A stretch of DNA of 64,000 bases from Eledone cirrhosa (GCA_964016885.1 OZ024743.1:18166001-18230000); one strand, 5' to 3'; positions 24,470-39,300 are shown, numbered from the stretch's first letter. Notes: generated by a model not told the origin, from the sequence alone. Numbers and translations: made by a program.

Positions 24470-27400
24470 CTAACCATGAGAGAAACACGGCTCCCACAAA
24501 TGTATTCCCGCGACAGACAGTGTTTGCCCCTGCGCTTTGTTAATTGACATTGCGAAGCATAGCCTGACCGGTAAATGGGACTTCCGAAATGTGAAAGGTA
24601 GGTCTGCTCCTGATCCGAAAAGATGATGCATCCTCGGTATGAGCACACCTTTGCCCCGACTGCACCCTGTGATTATCGTGGCCTCAATCAGATTGGGAGC
24701 TAAGGACTTAAAGACAAAACGTGTGCCATTGCATTGTTTCAGCGGAACCAAATTTCGAATGAGCATCATAGGGGCACCAACTTTAGGTTTCAAAATGTGT
24801 GGCGGTAATCCGGGGGGCTCAAAGGAAATTAGTACCTCTATTGGATAGTTGATGGCGTCCTCGGGGTCAAGAGTTCTATCGATAGACTTATATACGTAGC
24901 CATCCCCAGGAATGAGTTTTAGCATTTGATCATTAATATGGTTAACAGTTTTATTCCTCGGGGCCAGAATAGCCCCTGGGCAAGCCAATCCATATTATGA
25001 TATTGGAGGTCTGGGAACACTGCATCCCTGAGATCAGAAGGCGTACTAACAACGGTACAAAGTGAGTCGATGGCAATATTTCCCTTTTCATTCCCGGGCG
25101 TTTTACCTTCGCCAAGTGCAAGGAGGGTGTGAGGAAATGCTACTGATGCGATATCACCTCGCATATGAGCACGCATGTTAGTGTGAAGTTTCAGAGTCTT
25201 CACCAGGGACTACAATGCGGATGACTTAAGACAGGCACCTACAGCATCAGCTCTAGACCCCTTGGGAAAAACGGGAAGCGTTTGCCTGAAGTCCCCTAAA
25301 AGAAGAAGTGTATGCCTCCCATTGGTGCCGTAGAGTCTTTGATGTCTCTCAGAATTCTATCTAGCGCCTCAAGAGCACCTCTGTGGGCCATCGTGCATTC
25401 GTCCCAAACGATAAGCTTGCATCGTCTGAACACTTCTGCCTGATCGGAGCTCTTACTGTTGTTGCAAGTGGTTGTCTCAGTCTTCGCCGCTAAGTCAAGC
25501 GGGAGCTTGAAATAGGAGTGAGCGGCCCTGCCGCCCGGCAACAAAGTAGCCGCAATTCCAGATGAAGCCACAGCTAAGGCAATGCCTTCTGTTCACCTAA
25601 TCTCAGCTAATATTAATTTGGTGACAAAACTTTTCCCAGTCCCCCCAGGAGCGTCCAGGAAAAAGAGTCCCCCCAGCTTTGCCCCGGACAGAATTAACAA
25701 CGGAGTTGTAAGCGAATTCCTGTTCTGGAAGGAGCTTTGGCTCATTCTCCGCTATGTACTGGGCAAGCTCATCAACATTACAAGATGTTCTCACGCAGAA
25801 AATCCGAAGACAGAGTGTTTGCGCCTTCTCGGTTTGTTGAAAGTAGGCGATACACCGCCAACCCACAACCAACCATATCGAGAAGAGTATCTTCGATTTC
25901 AAGCAGCGCCCTTTTGTAAATGAGGTCACTGTACCCGACCTCCATCGATGGGTTTAGCAACTGAGCGTGTCGCATGAAATCTTCAGACATGTAATCTTTG
26001 TAGCTAAGCCATAGAGAGGCCGGATCACCCGAGTCGCACCATAGGAGTAGAATAACGAAAAGCGATCTTAGTCTTTTAGGAGATTTTAACAAAACGCCCT
26101 CTGCCATAGTGGCGCCCCATTGTCAATCATCCTACAAAAGGCCACGCCTAAAGCAGGTTTCCCGGAAAGAATCATATAATTCACCGTCAACAGTTCTTAT
26201 GTCTCGAAGATTTGTGGGCCAAAAACCTCATGGAGGAGAAGGCGCAGGTGAAAACACTCATGCAGGTTGGGAGGTACAGTGTACACTCTTCCTAGACAAC
26301 TGTCAAACTTGACACCAGGTTGTCTTTCAACATCCTGATCTAACTTCCTACGCACCCAAGTGTTGTTTGACCACACGTATAGGACGGGACCTGATGATAT
26401 AAAAGTGTTTTTGCAAATTTGTCAAGTTGGCAAAGCGTAAAAAAAACAGTCAAAGTTGTCTCTTTTGGATTGGCCGCCAAATGAGCAGCAGTCTGTTCAG
26501 TAAAGTAAGCCCGCTGGGCGTTTTCCAAAATGGGCGCGTGTGGCAGCCCTCTCTTCTGCCACACAACAGAATACATGTCGCACCTAACAGGCGCGAAAAC
26601 CTGCCCTTTTTTGATTAAATCAATTAACTTAGCCAGCTTCTGTCTGAAAACCCTGGCAATAATATCATGCCGATGGCAGTACTGCTGCCCTGGGATAAGT
26701 TTCCGCGTAACCTCAACCCATTTGGGGCTACACGTAAACGTGTAGCCTCATAATGCCGAACGAACGTCATAGCGTCCTGGGTTCGGTCGTGCATGTACCG
26801 ATCCCCCCCCCCGTATAGATTGAGGGGAGAATGCACATTTTGCCGATGTTCCGGGGGTCAGTGTCATTCCTGATGCCGTCACGAAAATGGATGTAGGTGT
26901 CTGAGCGCAGCTGCTTCTGATTCAATTTTATGAAGCACAGTCTCTCCGACTCCATCTTTGCAGCCATGTCAACTGAAAACAGATGAAACAGTTCCCGTGA
27001 TCTGTGCAGGGTGCTGAAATCGTTAGGCCTCGTCATGAAGCGGTATGAGTATAAAGCCATACATGAACAAGTTTTAGATGTCGTAGCAGTGGGCTCGTTT
27101 GGTTTGCGCAGAAGAATGCCGAAATGGTACACGTCTTCAACGTATGCAAAAAGAAGGGGATACTGCAGGGCATCGTAAGAACGATGCGTCTCATTAATAC
27201 GTCGAAGACCACTATCACGACTTTGAAGAACTTCATCTCGCTTATTGTGCTGTTCACCATGGATAACTACGGCCACTTCATTGCACGAAGGAGCGTTATA
27301 ACGGCATGTGTTCTCCCCAGGTCTTTTGTCAGCATCGATGACAATGGTGAAGTTTGGTGAAGGGTTTGATGCAATGCGTATTTGAAACTGCGAATATAAC

Positions 27401-28660
27401 TGTTGTGCTCATGAAGCATGTATTGGAGACCGAGCAGCACGCCCCTTTCAAAAGTGTCAGCTTCAGTGTTTGCAGGTGTTGGAATAACGCCGAACCGCGC
27501 ATCAACTTGCCTACTGTAGTTAGAAATGAAGTAAATTTGAAGGAACGATGGCTTGCAATGTTGTAGGGGCTGGAGCGACCCAATAAGATGGTACACCTGC
27601 CCCTGGACCTTGAAAGTAGGCATCCAACCACTTTCTCTGACAACGTTAGCTCCGAAAAAAGTCATTTGAAACGCACAATTGTACTTCCTGATGAGTTGAA
27701 GGAATTTGGATGACCCTGAGGTAGAACCAGTAAGTAGTTCCTTCAAAGGCTCTGGAGATTCCCCAAGAGGGGGGCAAGCTGACCTTAACGTTTAAGCAGC
27801 ACATTGCAGGTGACTCACCAGCCCACTATTTAGCATTGCAGAATTTGCAATTGAAGCGCATTTCCCCTATATTTATGTAAGCACGCATCGAGTAGTTAAC
27901 TTGAAAGCCCGTAGGTGCCAGTATGGGCTTTTGGGGCTCGTCACACTGCAGGAAGCGTTTTGTCGTCGACTGTTTCGCTCCAACCTAGAATGCTGCTCCT
28001 GTGGGTCGTGGGAAGATCTCGCAGCAGTAGCAGAAGCCACCCTTGCAATCCTAATGGAGCGCCCGTCTGCTTCTTCGGAAGCCATGGAAGCACTCATAGC
28101 CGCAGCATTCCTAGCATGGCTATTCGTCCGCCGTTCCAAACCTTTCGAAGCCCTGGAGCAGCAGTAGCCGCAGCGTTTCTACTCAGTCGAGCTACGCTTT
28201 GTTCCGGGCCCTCTGAAACCCTGGAAGCAGCAGTAACAGCAGCGTTTCTATTCAGGTGTGTCGACCATTTTTGCGGCCCCTCTGAAGCCCTGGAAGCAGC
28301 AGTAGCAGCAGCGTTCCTAGCCAGGCGAGTCAACCTTTGTTCCGGGCTCTCTAAAGCCCTGCAAGCAGCAGTAGAAGCGTTTTTTTTTTGGAATGACGTA
28401 TCGCCCGCTCTGAATCGTACATCGCAGCATGTCCCGAGGCGTCGTATGAAGCCATCATGGCTAGGCATGCGGTGTGTTGTTGAAAACAGCAGTTCTGCAT
28501 TCCGCTGAACGTAAGGCGCTCTGTGAAAGTCTTAATGTAGTTGACTCGAGGGATTCGTTTGCTGTAATCGCCCTCTGCGCCGCCGCTGACGCGGTATGGT
28601 AACCGAGGCGACTTCTCTTTTTAGGTGGAATTTTATGTGAAAAACAAAATTGCCTTTGAA
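24470..28660 (-). pseudogene. Helitron Rep/PIF1 helicase (RepHel), multiple frameshifts and deletions
   Basis: FKVQGQVYHLIGSL, SYDALQYPLLF, WQKRGLPHA (Rep motif 2), ASSGIAATLLPGGRAAHSYFKLP, IVWDECTM, LAPRN, CFAMSINKAQGQTL. Confidence 0.92.
28000..28570 (-). repeat. 69-bp (23-aa) tandem coding repeats, STPR-like, at RepHel N-terminus
   Basis: CTCTGAA recurs at 28211 and 28280. Peptide ESPEQRLTRLARNAAATAASRAS / EGPQKWSTHLNRNAAVTAASRVS / EGPEQSVARLSRNAAATAA. Confidence 0.75.
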
Positions 28661-28724
28661 AGTATAAGGCTGAAAACTGTCGGCATTCCGCAGGGGATAA
28701 AATGGGAGAATGAACGGCAAATAA

Positions 28725-29660
28725 ATAACTCACATTTTGTTGAAAGCGCACTTCTATCAGCAATTTGTTTTTTTTTTTCACTCAATAAACGTGTAAATAT
28801 GTTATACACAAAATGTAATTGTGTGTGAGTTGGATGATAGATGTTTTCAAAAATGATTTTAAGCGTATATAAGAGAAGGTTGCACCATATATTTTTTTTT
28901 CGAATTTTAAAGGGAGTAGAGAGAGGTATTTCAAATTGTATTAGAGGGGTAAAGCGTCATGTATTTAGTTTTATCGATTATTTCCGTAATTGTAGGTGAT
29001 TTTGAAAGAAAGAAATAGTCGTTGACCTAAGTTAGACCATTTACAACATTCTTACAGAGGTACATAAATAACTCACAGTTTGCTGAAAGCGCGCTTCTGT
29101 CATCAATGTGAAGCTGTTTGGCCAAAAATCCCCGTAGGGATTTTTTTTCACTCAATAAACGTGTAAATATCTTATACACAAAATGTAATTGTGTGTGGGT
29201 TGGATTAAAGATGTTTTAAAAAAAGATTTGTCGCTATTTTTCTAGTTGTTGAATAAATTTACCTGTTGCTTTTAATGTATTTAACGTTTGTCTCTGTCTC
29301 TCACTTAAGTGTATATAAGAGAAGGATGCAGCATGTATTTTTTTTTCGATTGTTAAGGGGAGTAGAGAGAGGTAATCAGATTGTATTAGAGGGTTAAAGC
29401 ATCATGTATTTAACGTTTGTCTCTGTCTCTCACTCTCTGGCTCACTCCTTTATTTTTTTCTCTCTAAAGGAAATTAGTAAGGAGTGGGTAGGTTGCAGCA
29501 TGTATTTTTTTATAGATTTTTAAGGGGAGGTAGGGAGAGTTAATCAGAAGGTATTAGAGAGGGTAAAGCTTCATGTATTTAGTTTTATAGATTAGTACCG
29601 TGAATGTGGGTGCCTTTAAATGAAATAAAGAATCGTTGACCTAAAATAGACCATTTACAA
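28725..29660. repeat. Duplicated blocks in Helitron 5' non-coding region
   Basis: TCACTCAATAAACGTGTAAATAT.TTATACACAAAATGTAATTGTGTGTG at ~28778 and ~29148. TTAAGGGGAGTAGAGAGAGGTA-like block three times (~28908, 29353, 29520). Confidence 0.75.
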
Positions 29661-29764
29661 AAGTCTCACGGACGTTGAGTCGAATCGGTTTGAAATTGTG
29701 AAAATATATAAACATGGAACATGCAGACACACACACACACCAACAATCTCCCTTTTATAGATAA

Positions 29765-29852
29765 TTGTTTTTACTTTAGGCACAAGGGCAGCAATTACAT
29801 AGTGCATTATTGGTACTTTATTTTATCGACCCCGTAAGGATGAAAGTCAACC
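29765..29852 (-). mobile_element. SINE S1, 5'-truncated
   Basis: ACTTTAGGCACAAGG..GCAATTA..GTACTTTATTTTATCGACCCCGTAAGGATGAAAG matches the 52870 copy. Confidence 0.8.
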
Positions 29853-30679
29853 TGCATTTTATCGATAATGATATATATATATATATACGCGCGCGTTAGT
29901 TAAGTGTGTACCAGCAGCTAAAGGCGGAACACCCTTTAAAGTACACGACATTGTTGCGAAGTACGTTCCCTTAGGTTCAATTCTAGTGTTAGGGATGTAA
30001 TGTGCAGTGTTAATTGATTTAAAAGAGTCAAATTCCGTGCTGTAGCATATACACAAGATTTAATTGCATATTGACTTTGCTTCGATATCGATCTGCTCAG
30101 ATTACAATGAAGGTGACAGGGACCAATTCGCTTTCGACATATCGTCCGTTATGTGTTCTTTTATGTGCAACAACACATCTAAGGTTTTGACAGAGGTCAC
30201 GGCATCTGTTTATATACATTTATTGTCTGGGTTGTATAAACGCGACAAAAAATGTGATGTCTCGTTTTCGACGTCTCATCAGATATGAGACCTTATATGT
30301 GCAAATACACAACTAAACTACAGAGAGAGGTCTCGAGACCCGTATATATACGCTTATTGGTGGGTTAGTAAGGCGTTGGGAAAAATGAATTTAGGTTTAT
30401 TAGGTGGGGTATATTGGTGAAAAATAAAACTATAAAAACATAAACTGTAGATGATGTAGAGGGAAGGATATATTAAAAATATGTATAAAAAGGCTGAAAT
30501 AAAATGGTATAACTGAAAGGTAAGAGACGAAATGTATAACAATTATTTAATATGACAAAAATGATATTAAATGAATATAATCAATAGTTGATCGACTTTC
30601 GTCAAATCGGGCCGAGGAAACAATATTTCCGTTGGTCTTTCCAATTGCTAATACTATCTACCAATCACAAATCCAGGTA

Positions 30680-30803
30680 GAAGGAGCAACGCGAAATAAA
30701 GTGTCTTGCTCAAAGATATAACGCATTGCCCTGTTCAGGAATAGAACTCACAACCTCACGATTGCGAATCCAACTCTCTTACCACTCAGCCACGCGTCTT
30801 CAC
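30680..30803 (-). mobile_element. tRNA-derived CORE-type SINE, family S2
   Basis: Minus: A box TGGCTGAGTGG, B box GAGTTCTATTCC, CORE-like CTTTGAGCAAGACACTT. Confidence 0.7.
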
Positions 30804-33800
30804 ATAATGATAATAATAATTATAAATATTCGAGTAAGAAATTAAAGTGGGAAATTAATTAGAGTAAAATAAAATAAAATAAATGTACTATCACCATCAT
30901 CACCATTATCCTCATTATTCTTTTATTTTTTATTTATTCTGTGTTTTTATTTTCACCTTCACCCTTACCGTACAGTTATTTTATTTTATTTTTGGCGGGA
31001 TCATTGTTGGTGACATAGTTAACCTATTTGTGGTATGGTGGGACAATAGTCATATTACAAGGAACCTACAATGTAATTTTTGAAAAGGCCCCTTCTATCT
31101 AATCCTGAATACCTCCTTTTTTACCCGCCTGAAGTACGACGCCGTATCATTGCTTTTATTAAAACTTCCCAGTTTTGGATCGCCTTCTTCGTGTTAATAT
31201 TCTCATTGTCAACTATTGGTCTATCTCCCCTAATAGTTTACGAGGTTGTTTATTCGTTCTACAGGAGCCCACTTATATAATTAATTCATATATGGAGGCC
31301 GTTTTGAATCTGTCACACTTTATCTAGCAGAACAGCTCTCTATTGAAACCCAAATGACCCTTTTATTGAAATCTAATTTTGTCTTTTGTCAAATCATGAA
31401 TTCTATATGACATTTTAAATTTTTCGATACCGTATCTAGCATAATGTAATTAAACGAATCACATTCATAAACTGAAGCTGCATCACTACTAATTTACGTT
31501 AGTTATTTGGCGAAATAGAAATTAGTTTCCTCTCAAACAGCATTCTGAGTAAATTTAGCTGATAAATATGTAACCTTATTTTAGCTAGGATACAAGTAGT
31601 TATCTAGGGTGGGTGAATACATGTGTCTTAGCTTTACCAATGTGTTTAAATGAAACTATACACTTTGTGGGTATCTAAATGCATTACGATCCTATCCTTC
31701 TAACGCTAAAACTGAGATAGTAATGCGTTTAGCGCCTATATTTCTTTCAAGTATTCCGTAAACACCGTGCAGTTTTCCAACTCGCCTATCATGATATTAG
31801 AAGTTCCGTAGCTTGAAGAGTTTTGGTATCAAAACAGAAATTATGTTTAAGTGATAGCAACAGATATCCCTGAAAGCGACGCATACGAGAACTAACGGTT
31901 CTCATGCATAGTCATTTACTGTAACAACTGTACCGATACTTTCAACAGTACAATAATCCCTCTCCTGAATATCGAGCCGAACAGCTACACCAATATATCC
32001 ATGGTTGAACATATACAAGAAATATCAAATGATTTAATAACTTTGCTTGACATATCCATGCGGTAATAACGAGATTTGTTGGAACACGACTGTTCTATCC
32101 ACTGCAATGACCATTCCGCCCGAGAGTATCATGAATAGTATTCTAGCTCTAAGCTCAGCAATCTGCTTTCCACGAATGTTTTTGCAATTACTACGCATGT
32201 GCACTACTACCCAGCTCAAGTATTTTGTAAGTAGTCTAATCTTGTGCTAGTTCTGCCGAGATAGATTGGAACTTTTTTGACAGGCTAATGGTGGTTCTAT
32301 AATTTTTATTTCAGAAGCTGAATTCTTATTTCCTGAAGACACCATCCCTTCCCGTCCCAATTTTTGGCAGAACGCAGAGCTGTGTAGACTAACTCTTCCA
32401 TTTTTGTCTGCCAAACTGCCTCCTGTTTCGGTAATTTGCTCCTATTAATCGGTGATATTTTGAGGGAATCTGATATCTCATGTTCATGCTACCCTCTGCG
32501 GAACACTGTTTACATTACTCGCGTTTGCCCACACACATTACTCGCGTTTGCCTGTGTTAAGCTCTGTTAAGCTTAAAGAAAAAAAGTCTCTGTTAAACAG
32601 CGGAATTTCTCAAAAGGTTTTCAGCTTCAATCACTTTCTTTTATATCAGTCATTTATTCTTCGCTATGTATAACTAACGATGTTAATATCGATGTGTTTA
32701 GATACATTAATCTATAAACAAATACTCGGCGGACATATCAAACCATCGCTGTACATAAATATAAGTATTGTAAACGTTCCATTTTAACAGATGAAATTCA
32801 ACCGCTAGATAAAAAATGACTGCCGAGATATTGTAATACAAGTGTGGGGGTAAAACGTGGGAAACTATCTCAGGGATGGAGGAGAAAATCGAGAAGCAGT
32901 AGTAAAGGCTTGGACAAACGAATTTACTTTCGAAAATCACACTTGAAAATACACCATGCCACATTCGGTACATAAACTAAATATTTCCGAAAATACTTAT
33001 ACAAATTATATATCCTAAATACAAAATTATTTACTTTACAAAAGTACATTTTATCCTTTTGACTCAGATTTATCAAAGTTTGTAAATATATATGGAACGA
33101 AACAAATATTTATGTATATTGATATTTGAAATATATATATTATATTGAGATACTGCATTGTCCACAAACACAAACCAATTCTCATTCCTTTGATAAAATT
33201 GGCAGCGTTGAGAACTGGATGCCATAACATTATAGCATTTACATGGGGTTTAGATAATGCGAATGCCAAGATCATATTTAATTGATCATTGGAGATGGAT
33301 GTGTAATGATACACGAGGTCTCGTTTCAGAAAACTAATGATATGCTTGGCGTTGATATTGTCATACAAATATTTACTTCCATATGTGTAGAACAACGTCT
33401 CAGGTTAGTTACGCTCCTAAAGATTATATTAATTTGTTCTAAATATGCTGTTGCTATAAAGTCCAAATTTATATTTGGCAGAGTTTATCGAACGAGTTTA
33501 TCGAGCTGTAGGGGAGACCTGAAATTAATCTCATAATATTTAATGACGGTTATGGCGTTTCACTTAGGTAATGTTTCCAATCACTCTTCTATAATTAATT
33601 TAGATGTAATTTCCTACGCCTACGTATTTAATTACCTATTTTTCTGTGCCCCGGTTCGCTGATGATTCAGTATTTAATCGGAACGCATCTTTGTTTTCTA
33701 TATCTTTGCATTAAGAAACGTTTTCGGGATAATGTAAAATTACGAATGTCATTTTCGACTTATTTGAAAAGAATAGGTATACTAACATATTGGGCTCTTT

Positions 33801-34024
33801 TAAAGTTGACTGTACGTTCGGTTAGAAGCTTTATAACCATCTGACCTTTTGTGAAAATGTATGTGCTATAATCTAGTTGAAGTGTGCAACACGTGATTAA
33901 TTATGTCTGAAGTCTAAATGCAATGAATTCCAGAAAACTATCCTTTTGAGAAATTATTTTAACTTATCTCAAGCTCCTACTTCCTAAATGTATAATAGTA
34001 TATTATCATGTGTATATATATATA

Positions 34025-34395
34025 GTTAGGGAAGCAGAAACTTGCTTATTGTAATCCAGTTCGTGGTTAAGACAGACAGGTTCATGGACGGTTTCAACGT
34101 ACGGTTAGGGGTAACTCCACAAGTTTGTAAGAATCACGTTCAATCTTGGAGTGTAAAGGATAAAACAGAAAACACAGGTAAGCATTAAAAAAAAGATTTT
34201 ATCCAGGTATTTACGACCGTTTCATTGGTAAGGGCAACCTTATATTGCTATACTGTAAATAGCAGCCACTCAACAATTATTATTGAGTGGCTGCTATTTG
34301 CATTATAGCAATATAAGGTTGCGCTTACCATGAAACGGTCGTAAATACCTGGATAAAATCCTTTTTTGAATGCTTACATGTGTGTTCTCTTTTAT

Positions 34396-34398
<3 letters not shown>
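34025..34398. repeat. Palindrome (arms ~34158-34272 / 34281-34398) with ~130-nt one-sided tail in (TA)n
   Basis: Inverted arms. Hammerhead 3' half GAAAC GGTC GTA at ~34332. Confidence 0.8.
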
Positions 34399-34446
<48 letters not shown>

Positions 34447-36008
34447 CTGTGTGTGCATGTGTGTGTGTGTGTATGCATGTGTGTATGTATGTACATATGT
34501 GTGTATGTTTGTGTTTGTATGTTGGTGTGTGTGTCGTGCCAATAGAGGTGGATGGATGGTATTATATTATCTGTGCACATTAATTCCATGGGAAACATTT
34601 CAAAGATTTAATATGTCATATCGGATTGAGCAATAGAATGTTTATATTATGTTCATGTGAATCATGCAGGCCTCTTTATTAATATTGCATTTAGTACATC
34701 TTTTGGGATCTAATCCTATGCATGTCAGGAATTTATTTATTTTATAAATATGATATTATGGCAACGCTTCAAATTTTGAGTAGTCGTGGCGTTAATATCA
34801 CACACTATATTCTGGATTTCACACAATCCAAATGATCGATCATAAGGAATATGATGTTTATTCAGATGATATATACAATCTTTGATGTCATTATTCTATC
34901 AAGTCAGGTAACGTGCAGTTTGTGCAATCATGTCTCATTTGATATGCAGGTTTTTACATAAGAAGTATTGCAGCCTTAAAGAAGCCAGATTTTAGATTTC
35001 ACTTCATCTAGTTCTAAGGCAAATGACGTGGGTTGTAGTAATTGTGGTATTTTTATTCATTTCCTGTTCAAATTCCACAATAGGATCCTGTCAAACCACC
35101 ATACGCATACACTGTTAAATCAAGTCTTCTTTTATATCAGAAAAATACGTATATCATTGTATACCCCCAGTCTAAAAAAGTGCATTTACTTTAATGATAT
35201 TACGTAGATTCAGTAAACGGTACGCTGCGATAATATGTTTAAAGCAAATTTAATTCGTTAAATGCAAACAAAGTTTGGTGAAAGTCTAGTAAATCTTGAA
35301 TAATTCACGGCCTCCAGGAAAAGTAGAAGAAATTGATTAGTTGGCCTACGACAAAAAGACCGAATGAAAATGCGTTAATAGCTTTATCTTCTGTTCTTTC
35401 CATTTTGAAAATTTAGCTTACAATCGAAAGCCTTAGGAAATAGATCAAAGCCATATAAATTATAGTCGACGTCTATGCTTTGCTGAAATTATTTGATTGC
35501 GTTGTATTGAATTTCTCCTTGTGAGAAGACACGAATATTTTGAGAGTGCTAAAGCCGACCGTAATAATATTAGTAGTTTGGCATTTATTAGAGGTTAAAC
35601 AAAGTTATTTCTGAGACTTCACATGATGGGTAAGAGAACTAGTATTTTACATTGTTGTCATTTAAATGTAGTGTGTGCGAGATATGTCTCAGGGACATAT
35701 GTGTATCATGGGAATGGATCTAAGAGGAAATCATTGATACTTAAATAAAAATTGAAAAGCACCGCGCATATATATATGTATAAACAATCACTCCCAACAG
35801 TTATATTAACCTCCACTTAGCTTTGCTCTCACACACGAACACATTCGCTTATATACACACATACACTTCCAGCAACCAAACAATACACTCCCACATTTAC
35901 AAAGTCCGTACATATATATATATATATATACATCTAACCATCATAACCACACTTTCGGAGGTGTACACATATATGTGCATCTGTCCACATACACTACCGA
36001 CACACATC

Positions 36009-36009
<1 letters not shown>

Positions 36010-36039
<30 letters not shown>

Positions 36040-36075
36040 TATAATAATAATAATAATAATAATAATAATCATAAT
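36010..36075. repeat. (AAT)n microsatellite / LINE 3' tail
   Basis: Direct reading. Confidence 0.95.
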
Positions 36076-36339
36076 GATTTCTTTATTAAACACAAGGGTT
36101 TACATAAAGTAGACATTAAGGACAGTACAGGGCAATACAGGGCGGTACAAATGGGCATTTTTGCGTGTAAAAAAAAACAAGAAACAGAGGATGTAATAAT
36201 AGAACAATGAAAAAATTCCACAATAGGGGGGAGTCTTCCGAGGGACATTGGTGGAGAAAGCTCATTAAAAATCCACAGTGACCCTGACCACCGGGGCAAG
36301 TGCCCTCTCCCAGTTTTCCACCTTTAATTTACAGACACA

Positions 36340-39300
36340 TACTCAGAGTAAGCCCATTCACTCGGACCATTATTGCCTCTCTCACCCATCTTTCAACAAA
36401 ATGCTGGGAAGAGAGCACTTCCTTTTCTACCCTGATTTTCCTTTTCAAATGAAATTTGAAAAAGTTAATCAGGGCATCACCGAAGAGGTAAGTGCTCGTC
36501 TACAGCACTTTCAAACGTGTCCACCATACTATCCCTTTCGCCATGGCCACCAGACAGATGAAAATTGCCTGCCCTTCCCGGCTAAAGGAAGAGGGCGGGG
36601 CAATCCTCACGATGGACTCAGCTGATAGCTGGATCCGTCCCAAAGGCGACAGCAGGTGTACGACATAAACCCACAAGTCAGCAATGCTCGGACACTGGAC
36701 GAGTTCGTGCAGGACGGTTTCGTCGCCCTGCGCGCATCTCGGACATGCCCGGTTGACGGCACCTCCATGCCTGTAGAGTTTATCCCGAACTGGCAAAGCT
36801 CCGCGGTAGCACTGCCAGGACAGGGATTTCTGGAAGTTGTCCATAGGCCCCGGCCCTAAAGTTCTTCCGAAGAGATTGACTAGTTGATTTTCGTCGACTC
36901 CTAGAGTTTCCACAAGTACGTCGTCGCTCTTCCCCTCCACGAATCCTCTATAGAACGCCAAGGTGGAGTTTCCACCGATCATATTGCCCGATTGGTCAAG
37001 GGCTGTGAGCGCCTGAAGACATTCCAGTCTCCATGCGCTCCCTCTCGATCTTCGCTTGACCCAGGCCAGCAGCTCCGTCAAGGAGACGAGCTGGGGAAAG
37101 ACGTGTCTAGCAAACGGAGACCACATCTGATCTCCGTCGAGGAACAGGTGGAGATATCGTAACCTGAGCGCGTGTCTGCGCATCATCAGCCACGGCATTC
37201 CCAGCCCTCCACGTAGCGGGTGTTGACAGCAGATGGACCGCCTGACCATCGGAGCGCGTCCCTTCCACAAATAGCGAAATAGCAAACGCTCCAGCGCAGT
37301 CAGGCGGAGCTTAGGACAAGTTACGACGGTCAGGCGGTAGTAGATGACGGACGCGATATACGCCTTAGCCAGCTCCGCTCGACGATTTAGGGATAGCTTC
37401 CTCTCGGCCCGTTTCTGGGTGAGAGAAGCCACCCTGTCGTCACGTCGTCCCAGTTTTTGTCCGTCTGGAGATCCGGACCGAACCAGATCCCGAGCAATTT
37501 AACTGGTCCATCCGTCCAGCGCTCGACGACGCTTTTGGACGGCATGGACCTGCCTCTCCAGGTACCGAGCTGCAGGCCCACTTACTTTTCCTGGTTGATC
37601 ATTGCTCTGTCACCACTTCGTATTCTCTTAGTGTAGTGCCAATCGCCTCGATGTGTTTGGCGTTCGACATCACTACGGTGACATCGTCCGCATATGCTGA
37701 CACGGATATTCCGCATCCTAGTTCGCGTGGAAGCCCCCTCAACGTCTTCAGTTTGTGCAGTAATGGCTCGAGAGTCAATACGTACAAGAGGGTCGAGAGG
37801 GGACATCCTTGGCGGACCGAGACATGATGTTGAACGGTTCCGAAAGGTGACCGTTACTCTCACCACAGAGCAGATGTCGCTGTGCATGGCAGCGATCCAG
37901 CCTCTGAAGAATGGCCCAAAGCCAGCCGCTTCAGGACTGCCGCTAGGTAACGATGGTCGACCCTATCGAAAGCTTTCGGACCCACCCGTGCCAGGTTCCC
38001 TAGCTACCCTCTCTACGGTGTATCGCATAAGGTGGAGGTTGTCGTGGATGGATCTGTCGGGAATGGCGCACGTCTGCGCCTACCCACCAGACCACCAACG
38101 ACAAGCGCCAACCTCTTTTCTAGCACCTTGGCCAAAATCTTGAACTCTGTGTTTAACAGAGTTATGGGCCTAAAATTATCTATGTTATCCCCCTTGTTCG
38201 GATCCTTTCTCAGCAGTGCCACAGCTGCTCGGCTCACAGAGCTGGGAATTCTCCCGTTCTGTTGCCAGTTGCAGTAGACGTCCGCCAAGAGGCCTCCGAA
38301 CAAGCCTGCATCTTTACGTAAAGTTCATAGGGCAGACCATTCAAACCAGGCGAGTTACCCCTTTTGCAGCTACTCATTGCCTCCCGTACTTCAGCGGCTG
38401 TTATCGGCTTTTCGCAACACTCCGCCTCAGTGGCCGAGAGCTGCGGCAGTCTGTCGAGGTAGACACTAAAGTCCATCCCTCGATCCGGCCCGCCGCTGCC
38501 CCCGAACAACTGAGCGAAGAGTCGCTGAAAAGCTTCACACGTTTGCCCGGGATCTAATAGGATGCGCCCGTCGTGGTCCACCAAACACCGGATCGTGGCT
38601 TTGTTGCCACGATGCGCCTCCGCCACTCGGGCCCATTCAACGGCTTTCGTCCCCTTGTGTCTGAGAGCACGCACCCTAGCTCTGACAACGCAGCCTTCGG
38701 GCTCTGCATTGAAGAATTGGTCAAGGGCCAATTTCGCCGCAAGTACGTCGGTCGCGATGCCTTTGCTAAGCGCCTCGACTAATTTTCTAACTAATTCTCC
38801 CTCTGCTCTATTTTTCTCTATTGTTAAAGCCTTACTAAACCTAATGGACTCTATTCTAATTGCTCTTTTTATAGCAAACCACCACTTGTTGTTGACAATG
38901 GCCCCAGTCAACGCCCGCTTAACTAGTTTGCTAATCTGGTCTCTGTAGGCCTTGCGCGCTGGTAAGGACGCGTTTAGCTTCCAGTAGACGGGTCTTCGTG
39001 TATGAAGCCTATCTAAGTCAAGTACACAGATCACGAATTTGTGGTCCGTGTAGCTGAATATCTTGAATTGTTGACAGCCTATGCTAGACCTATCTATTTC
39101 TCTTCAAAATACTCTATCCAGATATGATCTGGATGACCCTATGTGATTTGTCAAAGTCCATATTGGCACATTAGGGAAATCCAATCGGTACCTGTCAGAC
39201 AGTTCAAAACGCCTGAGCAGGTTGGTGAGACTCTTGCACCCCCTCCCCTATCCACTAATCCCACACAGTCCCAGCGTGCATCTAAGAACCCGTTCCAGTC

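Larger units (their letters stand above)
23626..29761 (-). mobile_element. Helitron (rolling-circle transposon), both termini intact, coding region decayed
   Basis: Minus 5' TCTATAAAAG at 29761. 3' hairpin CCCGAGCCACGCCGGG then CTAG at 23629-23626. Inserted between A and T with no TSD. RepHel remnants inside. Confidence 0.92.

Noticed and set aside
31880-32520. GC-richer stretch that might be a host exon or an old transposase
   Set aside because: No sustained ORF or recognisable motif on either strand; would need BLASTX.
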